Positions 26,683 to 40,010 of a stretch of 64,000 nucleotides of DNA are shown piece by piece. Below the pieces are notes generated by a model. It made no database searches. It was not told the origin of the DNA and worked only from the letters and a program-made list of their open reading frames with translations. The stretch is from Chiloscyllium plagiosum (Eukaryota). Where the stretch lies: assembly GCF_004010195.1 (NCBI RefSeq), contig NC_057718.1:15543416-15607415 (forward strand), read 5' to 3'. A program made the translations under genes and the position numbers. Position 1 is the first letter of the stretch, and each line of letters starts with the position of its first letter.

Positions 26683-27425
26683 GGGAGAAAGTGAGGACTG
26701 CGGATGCTGGAGAGTCAGAGTCAAAAGGTGTGGTGCTGGAAAAGCACAGAATGTCAGCCAGCATCTGAGGAGGAGGAGAGTTGACATTTCAGGCATAAGC
26801 CCTTCAACAGGAATGTGGGGTGGGTGGTGTTGGAGGGGGCAAGGTGGCTAAGAGATAAATAGGAGGGTGGGGTGAGGCTGAGGGGAAGATAGCTGGGAAG
26901 GCGATAGGTGGATGTAGGTGCAGGGTAATTGTGGTAGGTCGGAGTGGAGGGTGGAGCAGATAGGTGGGAAGGAAGATGGATGGGTAGGACAGGTCAGGAG
27001 GGTGGTGCCAAGTTGGAGGGTTGGATATGGGATAAGCTGGGGGAGGATGAGGGGAGATTTGGAAACTAATGAAGTCAATGTTGATGCCATACAGATGAAG
27101 GTCCCAAAGCAGAAGATGAGGTGTTCTTCCTCCAGTCGTTGAGTGGCTTGGATTTGGCAGTGAAGGAGGCCCAGGACTAACACGTCCTTGTGGAGTGGAA
27201 GGGGGAGTTGAAGGGATTGGGTAATGGGGTGGTGGGATTGTTTGGTGTGTATGTCCCAGAGATATTCCCTGAAACTCTCTGTTGGCATTCTGTCTCCCCT
27301 ATGTAGAGGAGAGTACATTGAGAGCAACGGACACTCAATGAGGTGGGTGGATGTGCAGGAAAATCTCTGCTGGATGTGAAAGGCCTTGGAAGGAGGTGAG
27401 GGAGGGAGGTGTGGGCACAGGTTTT
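26683..27425 (-). mobile_element. Penelope-like element remnant with GIY-YIG endonuclease and family B terminus
   Basis: Frameshifted RCSQCTLLYIGET, FREYL and RLEEEHLIFCFGT; terminus ggagaaagtgaggactgcggatgctgg shared with family B. Confidence 0.75.
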
Positions 27426-27644
27426 TGTTGACTGCCTGGTGTTGTTTACACATCGTTGTCGGATCTGCTTGGTCATGTGAATTCCACCAACGATAAGTGC
27501 CCTCTAATATCCTTGCAGGCTTCACCAGTTTTGTGACACAGACACGGCTCATGGTTGTGGATACCTTTCATGCCTTTTGCTCTCCAATTCGGTTGTTTGA
27601 TGGCACAGCACAACATTGGATCATCATCAACTTCATGAAGCAGC

Positions 27645-27680
27645 ATTCCTGAAGAAGGGCTAATGCCCGAAACGTCGATT
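27645..27680 (+). ncRNA. Minimal hammerhead ribozyme, second family
   Basis: attc-CTGAAGA-a-gggc(taat)gccc-GAAA-cg-TC-gatt. Confidence 0.68.
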
Positions 27681-27778
27681 CTCCTGTTCCCTAGATGCTG
27701 CCTGACCTGCTGCGCTTTTCCAGCAACACATTTCCATCTCTGATCTCCAGCATCTGCAGACCTCACTTTCTCCTCCAG
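27645..27778 (+). mobile_element. Family B Penelope terminal fragment
   Basis: Nearly identical to 61158-61276. Confidence 0.75.
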
Positions 27779-29757
27779 GTGACTGTCTTGGCCAAGAATC
27801 GAGCTTTGTGAAGAGTCACTGCTGAGCAAGATTTGTTGTTGGCCCCTGTATTACAAGTAATTGGCCACAAGAGGACTATTGCTGACTATGGAGTTACTGG
27901 ATTACACCTGAAGACAATTCATGCAACTAAAATTCTCATTGCCTTGGCAGCCAAAGTCATAAACAATTGCATTTTAGATGCTCATCCATGCAGCAAGATC
28001 TTTTAAGAATAAGAGCAAAACCAATTGGAGTTGAAGGTAATCAGATAAGTCGTGATCTCACTGAATGTAGAGCAAACTTGATAGACTCAATGGGCTACAT
28101 ATGCTCCTACATCGTAAGATCCTATGGTCTTATTAGGTATTACATTAATGTACAACCAAATTAACATGGGCAGTTACATGATGCAACATAACCTCGGTCT
28201 ACTCGAATTAGTGGACAGGTCATACAGGATCTGCACAGGGTTCACATTTACACAAAACACTTGGGCTCAATAGATTTTTTGATGGCTAAAACTTCTGGTC
28301 ATTTATGGTCAAAAGAGTCTCTGAGCTAGCAATTGATGTTCTCAATAAGTTTGTTCAAAACATACTTGATATCTGGAAAGCATTTCACTAAGTTGGTGCC
28401 TGATCTCGTGGACTGTTGTAAACTGCATACAATTCAGTAATAACAGAGTGCTTTGTGCGGCTTAAGTGAAAATCTTAAATAATCCAATCAGCTGCACACA
28501 GCATAATCTAACTAACAGCAGGATGACATGTGTGGAGAGGGATGGAGTATGATGACATCATTGGCAGAGCCTCAAGTCTAAGACTATGAACAGCCCGTTG
28601 TCGGAGATGCTGATACTCCTGATGTTTCAGCATGCACAGTGCACTAGAAAAAGATTCTTAGATGAAGCAAAAAAAAAAACACCCTGGAGACTTGCACATA
28701 TCAAATATTCTAATGTCACTTTTTTGGAGGCTATTGCAAATTGGAATAATCGATAAAGACTTATTAGCTTTATTCTTGTGGAATGTGTGTAGGATGCTTG
28801 ATAGGATAGCTTAGAACAGTGTGAGTCATTGAACTATACAAGCATAGACATCACCATAACCAAGTCCCATCTTGTCACACCTGAGATCTACATACCTGAC
28901 CTTTTCATCAGAGGTAACAGTCAGGGTGAGACATTAACTCAATCAAAACCTATATACACTTTCACATGGTTAAAATTGAGCTCAGTATCACCTTTCCCTG
29001 ATTTAACATATTATATATATATATTTCAAGTAGTTAACACATTAGATCAATGAGTACATTACTGATTTAGTTAAGGGTTACAGGACAAGACAATTAGTTC
29101 AATTATTTTAAAGGACAAATAATTTAAATAATGCAGTGCCTTTAATTAGACCAATGTTTGAACTACTATGCATAGGCTTCATCAGGGTAAAACTGAAAAT
29201 TGTATTTCATGTTGTTTATTTCAATATAGTTCAACCCAATAAACTGATTTCATCAGACCATGTGTTACAGTGTTTTTGTTTACCAATTTAGCACTTATTG
29301 AGCTCCCAGTAAAACATCCAAAAGCTCTTCACATGAATGTCATCGCTTCAGGTGACATTACCTCTTACACTGGTACAGTGACCAAAAGCTTAGCAGAGTT
29401 GGTAGATTTCAAGGAATGCCTTAAAGAAGGGCAGGTAGGTAAGAGAGACAGAGGGAATTCAGGAGGGAATTCCAGAACATGGGGCCGAGGCTGCTGAAAG
29501 CGTGGCCACTAAAAGGCAGAGAGATTAAATACAAGATGAATGAGAAAACTGGAGGACTGCAGGGATCCTCATGAATATTGGGGCTGGAGGGTTAAAGAGA
29601 TTGAAGGCATTGAAAACACACCGACTTTAATCTATACTGGAAAGTACCTACACCAATAAAATGCACAATAACAAAGAAGTCAGACATAATTGCCGTCAAT
29701 GTGTACATCAATGACTTTTCTGTTCATCACATGAAATATTTAATAGTTCCCACTCAC

Positions 29758-29829
29758 CTGGTTAAAGGGTCGAACACGGACTGCCACTTGCACACTGTCG
29801 GCACTCAGCATTTTTTGTCCTTCCTTCAT
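29758..29829 (-). CDS. KIF28: KIF28-like kinesin-3, first coding exon (MKEGQKMLSADSVQVAVRVRPFNQ)
   Basis: Kinesin N-terminal VAVRVRP motif; in-frame ATGs at 29829 and 29811; donor CAG|gtgagt at 29758; acceptor tttccccag| with the exon starting at 29837. Confidence 0.85.
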
Positions 29830-31467
29830 TTCCCCAGCTGGGGAAAGCAAAATTTGATAAATTAATAATTGTATGAGCTGCAGCCTAGCTGTCTTGTTTA
29901 GTCTGATGTTTATTTCATCACCAAATATAGACTGTCAATTTTTAACTTGAATGCTTTCATCTGCTTCTCTGCTTACATTACTTTCTCCTCTGTGAGCTAT
30001 GTTGCTACTGTGAGCTCTGGAGACAAGAAAGAATTGTGTCTGTCAGGCGAGTTGAAGCAAGTGCAGCAACTGTATTGAGGGGTAGAGGTGTGGTTAGGGA
30101 GTTAAGAGTTACCTGAACACTTATTGCTTAACTAACCCACAGAAGTATCCCTGGAGGTATTAAATATTCTGATAACCCACCCCATCTTCATTGGGCACCA
30201 CTTTCAGATGACGTGCATCTGAGTAGGATGTGGTGGGGAGAAGAAAAAATATAAGTTGAACATTTTGATCGTTTGAGCCACCTGACTGAAATTAACAAAG
30301 CACCTTGAAATGGATAAAGTAAATAATGAAAAAGGAAACTTGAAACCAATCTTCCAGTGTGGGAAAGGATAGACGGCTTCTCTGGTGACTGTATAGTCGT
30401 ATGAGATTTCCAAGCTAGTGTAAAGCCAACTCATACATTTTAATTTGTAGAGAAATAAAGTGCAAGTGAGAAGTAATCATAATTCCCAATTAGTCTCACT
30501 GCCTTAAGAGGCAGTGTTACTCTTAAACTGGACAAACACAGAGCAACATTTTAAAACATGAATAACAATAGACCATACGTTTTAGTAGGACTTTTATTTA
30601 TATTTGAAACACTATAAATGCAGTGGAACTCTGATAGAGTATGAGAATAGACTAGCACCTAACATAAACAGGAACTCAAAGACTTCTTCTGAGTAAAGTA
30701 ACAAAAGGTTCATAAAAAGGATTGGCACGAATTGAACAGATGTAGGCAGGGAATATGCCTCAGTTACTAAATTAGCACATTGCATTTGTCCTTACCAAGG
30801 TTTCTGTCAAAGTGGAAGAGAAAATTGATGGACTAAAAATTGATAAATAAGAATTAATGGTAGAGAGTGATGGAGGCAGAAATAGTCAAGGATTTTTGAG
30901 AAAGAAACTGAGGGAATTTGAAGAGTTTAAACTTGCAAATCATGGGGGCGGGACTGACTGGATTGCTCTGCAGAGAGCCAACGTGGACTCAATGGACTGA
31001 ATGGTTTCCATTTGTGAGCCACTTATCACTCTCTGACCCAATGATTAAGTGGGTGCTGTAATTGAGGCTGATAAATCACCAGGATTGGGATAAGGTGTAT
31101 CATTGAATAGATAAAAGAAAGAGTGAAAGTGGCTGACGGGTTGGCCATAATCTTCTGATCCTTCTTAAACACAGGCTTACAATCATTTACAACCCTCTCA
31201 CAAGGCACAAAGTTAGGAATATGATGGAAAACTCACCACATGTCTAGATGAATGCAGATCTAACAACAGTCCAATAGTCTAACAGCATCTGTGATAATGC
31301 AGGCTGCGTAATTGGCATGTCATTCAACAGCTTAAAACATGCGCTCTGTTTTGAAGACTTGTAATGTTTTATTATTAAGTTCTAAGTGGTGGTGGGGGGA
31401 GGTGGGGAAATGGGTTTTAGTTTTTCAATTCTGTGAAGTTGAAGTAGAAAAACATTTTTGTAACTTA

Positions 31468-31772
31468 GTTATGTCATACAGCATGGAAGCAGACACTTTG
31501 GTCCAACTAGTCTATGCCAACCATGTTCCCAAACTAAACTTGTCCCACTTACCTGTGCTTGGCCCATTTCTCTCTAAACCTTTCCTGTTCATGTACTTAT
31601 CTGAATTTCTTTTAAATGTTGTAACTGTACCTGCATCCACTACTTCCTCTGGCAGTTCACTCCATGCATGAATCACTGTCTGTGTAAGAATGTTGCCCTT
31701 CATGTTCTTTTTAAAACATTCTCATCTCACCTTAAAAATACGCCCCTTGGTTTTAACTCCCCCGCCCTAAGC
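31468..31772 (-). mobile_element. HER1/CR1 3' fragment
   Basis: WSELPEEVVDAG, YMNRKGLE. Confidence 0.8.
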
Positions 31773-32419
31773 AAATGTTTGAGAGTGCTCTGATTGGTGT
31801 GTTCATAGCTGTACCAAACTGTCAGAAGACAGTCCGTGCCTATAAACTTGTACCTGAAACTTCTTAACAAATATTCAGGACAATAAGGAAGAAATCTACT
31901 CAGAGATTTATATAATTTGCATGAAAATTGGAAATGCTGTTGTTTCAACCACTGAAGTGCCAAAAGGAAAAAGACAATGTGAGGGAATTGTGATTTTGGA
32001 AGCATTCTGAAACAGTGTCTGGAAATCCCTAATAACAATTAGATGAGCAATGGATTTTTAAAAACTGGCAAATTTGGGCAGTTCTGGCATATAGTTGTGA
32101 TATCCCACATAGGCAACGTGATGTGAAATGGTCAAATGAGAACCCACAAGGAAATTGGAGGAACAGACAGTGTTGGGGACAGGAAAGGTAATAGTTTTGG
32201 GGAACCAAACAGAAAGGTGCCAAGATAATAAAAGAGAAAAGGTTGGGTCATAAAAGATATAAAGAAAATAAAACATAATCATTGTAATAAGACCATGCAT
32301 AATGGTAATGGAAATTAAATAGGAGACCTATTTAGGAACTATAGTAGGAACAGTCAATAAATCCTAAGAAAAGGGTGTATCGGGATTGGAAATAAACATT
32401 AAAATTGTAGCAGGAATGT

Positions 32420-35400
32420 GGATAGATCCTGTTGTAATCTGAGGTAACCTTCTTCACTGTCCACTACACCTCCAATTTTGGTGTCATCTGCAAACTTACT
32501 AATTGTACCTCTTATGCTCACATCCAAATCATTTATGTAAATGACAAAAAGTAGTGGACTCAGCACCGATCCTTGTAGCACTCCACTGGTCACAGGCCTC
32601 CAGTCTGAAAAACAACCCACCACCACCACCTTCTGTCTTCTACCTTTGAGCCAGTTCTGTATCCAAATGGCTAGTTCTCCCTGTATTTCATGAGATCTAA
32701 CCTTGCTAACCAGTCTCCCATGGGAAGCTTTGTCGAACGCCTTACTGTGGTCTAAATAGATCACATCTACTGCTCTGCCCTCATCAATCCTCTTTGTTAG
32801 TTCTTCAAAACACTCAATCAAGTTTGTGAGACATGATTTCCCATGCACAAAGCCATGTTGACTATCCCTAATCAGTCCTTGCCTTTCCAGATACATGCAC
32901 ATCCTGTCCATCAGGATTCCCTCCAACAACTTGCCCACCACCGACGTCAGGCTCACTGGTCTATAGTTCCTGGCTTGTGCTTACCACCCTTCTTAAACAG
33001 TAGCAACACATTAGCCAACCTCCAGTCTTCCGGCACCTCACTTGTGACTGTCAATGATACAAATATCTCAGCAAGAGGCCCAGCAATCACTTCTCTAGCT
33101 TCCCATAGAGTTCTGGTGGACACCTGATCAGGTCCTGAGGATTTATCTAACTGTATGCGTTTCAAGACATCCAGCACTTCGTCCTCTGTAATATGGATAT
33201 TTTGCAAGGTGTCACCATCTATTCCCCTACATTCTATATCTTCCATATCCTTTTCCACAATAAATACTGATGCAAAGTACTCGTCTCTGTCTCCCCCATT
33301 TTCTCCACACAAAGACTGCCTTTTCTGATCTTTGAGGAGTCCTATTCTCTCCCTAGTTATCCTTTTGTCCTTAATGTGTTTATAAAAACTCTTTGGATTC
33401 TCCTTAGTTCTATTTGCCAAAACTACCTAACATTCCCTTTTTGCTGTGCTGATTTCCCTCTTAAGTATACTCCTTCCGCTTATACACTTCTAAGGATTCA
33501 CTCGATCTATCCTGTCTCTACCTTACATATGCTTCCTTCGTTCTCTTAACCAAACCCTCAATTTCTTTAGTTATGCAGCATTCCCTACACCTACCTGCCT
33601 TTCCTTTCACCCTGACAGGAATATACTTTCTCTGGGTTCACGTTATCTCATTCCTGAAGGCTTCCCATTTTCCAGACGTCCCTTTACCTGCGAACATCTG
33701 CCCCCAACCAGCTTTTGAAGGTTCTTGCCTAGTACTGTCAAAATTAGCCTTTCTCCAATTTAGAACTTCAACTTTCAGATCTTCAACTTTTACTATTTTA
33801 AAACTAATAGAATTATGGTCGCTGGCCCCAAAGTGCTCCCCCACTGACACCTCAGTCACCTGCCCTGCCTTATCTCCCAAGAGTAGGTCAAGTTTTGCAT
33901 CTTCTCTAGTGGGTACATACTGAATCAGAAAATTTTCTTGTACACTTAACAAATTCCTCTCCATCTAAACCCTTAACACTATGGCAGTCCCAGTCTGTGT
34001 TTGGAAAGTTAAAATCCCCTACCATAACCACCCTATTATTCTTAAAGATAGCAGAGATCTCCTTACAAATCTGTTTCTCAATTTCCCTCTATTAGGGGGT
34101 CTATAATACAATCCCAATAAGGTGATCATNNNNNNNNNNNNNNNNNNNNNNNNNNNNNNNNNNNNNNNNNNNNNNNNNNNNNNNNNNNNNNNNNNNNNNN
34201 NNNNNNNNNNNNNNTATTAGTCCTACCTTGTCCCTGGCTGCCCTGACTGTTTGACTCACTTCTGTTCTCAACTGTACCCGTCTCAGATTGATCTCTTTCC
34301 TCACTATCTCCCTGGGTCCCACTCCCTCCACCTTACTATTTTTAATCCTCCTGAGCAGCTCTAGCAAATCTCCCTGCCAGCATATTAGTCCCCTTCCAAT
34401 TTAGGTGCAATCCGCCCTTCTTGTACAGGTCACTTCTACCCAAAAAAGAGATTCCAATGATCCAAAACTGTGAATCTTTCTCCTATATACCAGCTCCTCA
34501 GCCATGCATTCATCTGCTCTATCCCCCTATTTCAGCCCTCACTAGCTCGTAGCACTGGGAGTAATCCAGATATTACTACCCTTGAGGACCTCCTTTGTAA
34601 ATTCCTGCCTAACTCCCTGTAATCTCCCTTCAGAATCTCAATCTTTTCCCTTCCTATGTCGTTAGATCCAACGTGGACAACGACCTCTTGCTGGCCTCTC
34701 TCCCCCTGGAGAACATTCTGCACCTTCTCTGAGACATCCTTGATCCTGGCACCAGGGAAGCAACACACCATTCTGCTTTTTCGCTGCTGGCTACAGAAAT
34801 GTCTGTCTGTACCTCGGACTAGAGAATCCCCTAACACAATTGATCTCTTGGAACCCAACGTACCCCTCAATGCATTAGAGCCAGTCTCAATACCAGAAAC
34901 TTGGCTGTTTGTGCTACATTCCCCTGAGAATCCCCCACCCCCTACATTTTCCAAAATAGCATACTTGTTTGAAATGGGTATTGCCACAGAACACACCTGC
35001 ACTAGGTGCCTACCTGTCTTACCTTTCCTGGAGTTAACCCATCTATGTGAGTGTATCTGAGACTTGCCCCCCTTCCTATAACTGCCATCCATCACATACT
35101 GTTGCTGTTGCAAATTCCTCATTGCTTCTAACTATCTCTCCAAACGATCCATTCGATCTGATAAGATTTGCAACCAACTGTATTTATTGCAGATATAATC
35201 CACAGTAACCCTTAAACTCTCTTTAAACTCCCACATCTGACAAGAAGCACATATCACTCTACTAAAGGCCATTTTTGCTCCTTTACTATCTACCGACCAA
35301 GAAAATAACACCATTTTATTCCTCTACAAAACACTGCCTCAGGTCAGTTTAATAATTAAGGCTTATATTTTAAGTTTAATCAAGGACATATCTAAAAAAA

Positions 35401-35665
35401 CATATAATCAAGAAAGAACCCACTCTACTCACTACTGCAGACTTTCTGCAGGCCACTTAAAACAATTAACTTATCTGATTCTCTGCTGTGAACTTCACCC
35501 AAACAGTTCCTCCAAGATCAGCTGTGAACTTCACTGTTTGTTAATTTTCCCAGATGCACTCCAATGTCCAGCGATACATGAATTCAAACAGCAAAGGCAG
35601 TAACAGTGCAGGTTCACTCTGGTGTCAGTTTCTTTCTTTTTCTCTCTCCTGCACTGACCTCATCA
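32420..35665 (-). mobile_element. CR1/HER1 LINE with 5' region, ORF1 (GDSL/SGNH esterase) and broken ORF2; 3' part absent
   Basis: ORF1 IVLGDSLVRG and VHVGSNDIG; ORF2 LDLLLG, GASDHNSI, SQHGF, SGVLQGSVLSPLLF, FADDTK. Confidence 0.9.
34130..34214. other. Assembly gap (85 N)
   Basis: Run of n. Confidence 1.
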
Positions 35666-35669
35666 TGTA

Positions 35670-36200
35670 AACTGCTTGGAAGGCCCTTTTGTTTTAAACA
35701 GCCTGAATGGGTGTGGCCAGCTCTCATGGTTTAGGATTTCTAGGTTTTGGTTTTTTAAATAGCATCAGAAGCTTTTGGTATCCCAACAGAGTTGGAAGCT
35801 TCATTGAAAATTGCCTGGATGCTCTTCTCTCTAAATTTTCTTGATGCTTTTTCCTCCCGGATGAGAGAACTGCACGTAAGAATCCGTGTCTGAATTTTCC
35901 TTTTTTGTCAGGGGGTGTGGTTATGGGATGTTATTATATTGGAACAGTTAGTTAGTAATAGTTACTGTATCTATTATTCTGTTAAGTTTTCCAATAGAGT
36001 CAAGTTATTCTAAATGCCTCTTTCTTTTGTTGTATTTTAACTATAGTGTTTAAATAAATTGTGATTTGCTTAATGTCAAGTAGTTTGAGCATTCACCATC
36101 TGGAACAACATTTTATATTTGCCTTTAAAATAAGAAGAACTTAGGGCCTAGGCTATCTTCTTAAAATATTTTGAGGAGGTCTGGTCTGGTTGTATAACTT
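35670..36200 (+). repeat. LTR-like segment related to 43190-43345
   Basis: Shared ttcctcc...gaactgcacgtaagaatc / aattgcatgtgagaatc and tatgggat..tattata.tggaa blocks. Confidence 0.55.
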
Positions 36201-36289
36201 TAGTGCTGAAGAAAATCAATTTACTGGAGATTCTGAATATTTTATTTCAAAGGGAAAGATGTTTCTTTACTCTTCTAATGAAAATGGCC

Positions 36290-36710
36290 ATCAAATGAAC
36301 TGCAGCTCCAACAACACTCATGAAGCTTTACACCATCCAGGATAAAGCAGCTCGCTTGATTGGCACTGCATCCACAAGCATCTACTCCCTCCATGACCAA
36401 CACTCAGGAGCAGCACTGGAGAAGATGCACTGGAGAAATTCACCAAAGATCGTCAGACAGCACCTTCCAAACTCACAACCACTTCCATATAGAAGGATGA
36501 GAGCAACAGATATATGGGAATACCACCACCTTCAAGTTCTCCTCCAAGCCACTCACCATCCTAACTTGGAAATATGTTGGCGTTCCATCACTGTCACTGG
36601 GTCAAAATCTTGGAATTCTCTCCCTTAAGGCATTGTGGGTCAACCCACACCAGGTGGACTGCAGCAGTTCAAGAAGGCAGCTCACTCAAGGGCAATTGGG
36701 GACTGGCAAT
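36290..36710 (+). mobile_element. Old CR1/L2-clade LINE 3' end
   Basis: KLYTIQDKAARLIG, KSWNSLP; tail caagggcaatt shared with the old SINEs at 13400 and 43420. Confidence 0.6.
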
Positions 36711-36714
36711 GGTC

Positions 36715-38055
36715 CATCTGGTGTTTCAACGAAAATTTCTGAGACAGTGTCTTGGGTGAAAATTACAAAGAAAAATGGTAGTAGAGATGTTTGTTCAATT
36801 TATTCTACAAGATATGGATTACCCAAAGAAATATAGATAAATCAAGGTTCAAATTTCATGCCAAAATATTCAAATAAGTAATGAATCATTTCAGAATAAA
36901 ATAATTTATATCTTTATCGAAACATCCATATCCTCACTAGCATTCAAAGGATGGCTTCAAGTTTTACAGACCAGAATTACAACCTATTCTTGGGAATGTT
37001 CTAATAATTGGGATAGAGATATTTCCTTGTTATTGTGTCATCATTAGGGTTGCTCCTAATGAGATAGTTTGAACTGATAGAGTCATAGAGATGTACAGCA
37101 TGGAAACAGACCCTTCGGTCCAACCCGTCCATGCCGACCAGATATCCCAACCCAATCTAGTCCCACCTGCCAGCACCCGGCCCATATCCCTCCAAACCCT
37201 TCCTATTTATATATTATGAGCGAGAGGATCCCTTAAATATTAAGTAACAAGAAAGATTGATTCTGACATTATCTGTCAAGATCCTGAGAGAAAAAAAAAA
37301 TCAAAGTGTGAGAGTTGGCCCAAACTATTTGAAGATTGTTCAATAATTAAAGCTGCACCAAAGCTTGAAATGTTGTCACTAGAGACAGTATGTCAGTACA
37401 TTATCTATCTCTGGTGAATCAATAAAAGTAAGATTTGCTGGAATTTATCAGAATGAAACTTAGTAATGCAGTGTGTGCTCCAGACAGGAGAAAAAAAAAA
37501 TTAGTGATGAGTTGTATTATGTTGAAGTGACATTATGTAAGAGGATAGTCAGGAGAGAAAAAAATGTTTATAGTGCTTAAAGAATTGAGGAATGAAATTA
37601 AAATATCAGAACAATTCAAGTGTGAATCAGAAATTGAAAATTCTGAAGTTGAACCCTTAGTATCAGATTGGTTGATATGAACACACTTTAAAAGTTAGAT
37701 GGAATATCATGCTGTCTCTCAGAACAGTATTGGGGTGACATACAAAAATTATTATAATGACTCAAAGTTATTTGTGTAAATAGTCCAGGAAAAACATCTT
37801 GGCTGGCTGAGTTAATATTAATGTAAGGATCGCATCACCAATGAAACAGCCATCTTACAGACTCAACTCAGAAATGTTAGCTCAATGAGGGAAGAGATCA
37901 AGTTCATGATGAAGAACTACATTACCGAATCAAGTCAAAATGTCTGGAGCTCATCTATTTGATCAGGACAATATATAACATCAGAACAAAGTATTGACTG
38001 TCACAAAATCAATGTGGTAACAAACATGTATTCGTATCCAATTCCTTGATGGAAG
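36715..38055 (+). mobile_element. Degenerate Gypsy (Gmr1-type) pol fragment: integrase core then start of RT
   Basis: RYGLPKEI*INQGSNF at about 36810-36858; SPMKQPSYRLN at about 37835. Confidence 0.6.
37077..37213 (-). mobile_element. Young HER1 3' tail insertion
   Basis: Near-identical to the reverse complement of 1-141. Confidence 0.85.
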
Positions 38056-38604
38056 TTAAGACTGCAAGATTAGCAGAGGAAATAGTTGGTTGTGAGCTAG
38101 TTCATAAATCAAGGTTTGACCTCCAACACTAATTTCAATCTGTGAGGGATAGAAATTGAAGAAAAGGTGAATTCTCAGATGGTAAGGGAAAAGGAGATCG
38201 CATTGAAGATACCAAAGATAGTTTACCACAGGTTAAAAAGGAAACCCATGAGAGAAGTAAAAAAAAAGCTCATGTGTTTTCATTGGAAGAAGTAGGCCAC
38301 GTGAAGTCGCAATGTTGGTGGTTTAGAAAAAACACTGGGAAGGTGGTTGAATGAAAACAGAACAAGCCATTGAGTTTTGTTGAAATGGAAAAGGAAAGCA
38401 CAGCAGAAACTAAAAAGTTGCAAAAGAACGTGCAAAGTGGTCCTGGGATGTTTAGGAGAAGATGCTAGATCTCTAAAGAATTTACTTGCGTGGGCAAGGT
38501 TTACTCATGTATGCCAGAAGGGCAGATAAAGAAATTAAAATTTTGAGAGATACAGGAGCAAGTCAATATTTGATAATGAATACTGATATGTGTAATTCGG
38601 GAGT

Positions 38605-38800
38605 ACAGTCAGTTCTGATATAACACAATAGTCCTATTCTCGTGCAATCTTGTTTGAAGAAAATCATGCAATAGCTGCGCCACTTAAACTAATGGGGCCA
38701 GAATTGCATTATAGCCAAAACAGGGAATAGAAAATTTGTGTTCTACAAATAATGGTCTAAATTCTTCAATTGCATTAAAACCAAGTTGCATTGAAGAAAT
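38605..38800. mobile_element. Possible Tigger/pogo-like DNA transposon end inserted in the Gypsy protease region
   Basis: ta|cagtcagttctgatataac start; Gypsy-like sequence resumes near 38810. Confidence 0.4.
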
Positions 38801-40010
38801 AGACAAAAGTGCCAGAAAAGGTGATCATATGTGAAATTCATGGTGAGAAGAGCGGTGTTCCATTATAAAGTGAGTTTGGAGAGTCCAGTGAAAAATGATG
38901 AAATGGTGGTAGGGGTAATAGAGAAATTCTTGGTTCTGGAGATACAGTTTATCCTTGGTAATGATGTAGCTGGATTATAGGTGGAATGATACCTTACTGT
39001 GGTTGAAATGCCAGTGAAAAATCAGACAACTGAAGTGTTACAGAAAGTATACCCTGGAATTTTTCCTGCCCTGGAATCTTTCCTGGCTGTGTGGTAACAA
39101 GATCACAAAGCCACAGGCTGAAGCAAGTGCAGAAATCAAGGAGTAAAGATAAGCAAGTTTAAATTCAATGATCAGAAACTGATTAAGTGGTTGGGATAAA
39201 CAAGATTAGGCAGAAGACAAAGTGGATATTTTTAGTTCAAAGAAGCCAGCTGAATTACAACAATGATAAAAACTAAAGCAATTGGATCAAAAAGCATACA
39301 CAGTACAAGAATCTGAATGTATCTCAGAATGTTGCTATCTTAAAAATGAAGTCTTGAAGAGGAAATGGAGACCCATCATGTATTCAGGCAGATGATAAAT
39401 GAGCAGAAGTCCATTGTCATATTACTGTGGGTTATAGAAAAGAAATGTTGCAGGTAGCACATGAATTACCAGTGGGTGGTCAGTTGGGAATAAGGAAAAC
39501 TCAAGCCAAAATACAGAAACATTTTTGTTGGCCTGGACTGCAGAGATATGGTTGAATTTTGCCAGACATGTCATACATGTTAGGTAATAAGAAAATCTCA
39601 GGCGGTGATAAAACCAGCACCCTTAACACCAAATGATTCTGAATGGTCATTCCTCAAATTAAATTGAATAATAAGGAAGTTCTCAAAAATTAAGTTACTG
39701 AGTTACCTTCTAGAGGAAAATTGAAATAACCTCATTGAGTTATGACAATTACATGGAGAGATATATGGGAATAAGCTGGGAAGTACTAAACTGATAATAC
39801 ATGGTGTAGATATAGGAAATGCAGCAACCTTTAACCCTTTAGGTGGCACAAGTTCAAATAGAGATTGAAAGCATGCTCAAAGACAATATAATCAAAGTGA
39901 GTTGCAGTGAATGGAGCTCACTTAGAATAATAGTACCAAAACCAGATTGCGATTGTCCACACATAATCATGGGTACAAAGTCAATGCAGTTACAAAATAT
40001 GACTCATATC

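Larger units (their letters stand above)
25970..28640 (-). mobile_element. Possible highly degenerate Gypsy internal remnant, interrupted by Penelope pieces
   Basis: Weak pol-like peptides (PVQILYDLS about 28220; TKLVKPAR..WW..MTKQIRQRC about 27440-27550). Confidence 0.35.

Noticed and set aside
30000..30200. Possible KIF28 non-coding first exon or promoter (donor-like cag|gtaac near 30112)
   Set aside because: No CpG island or other support; cannot be established from sequence alone
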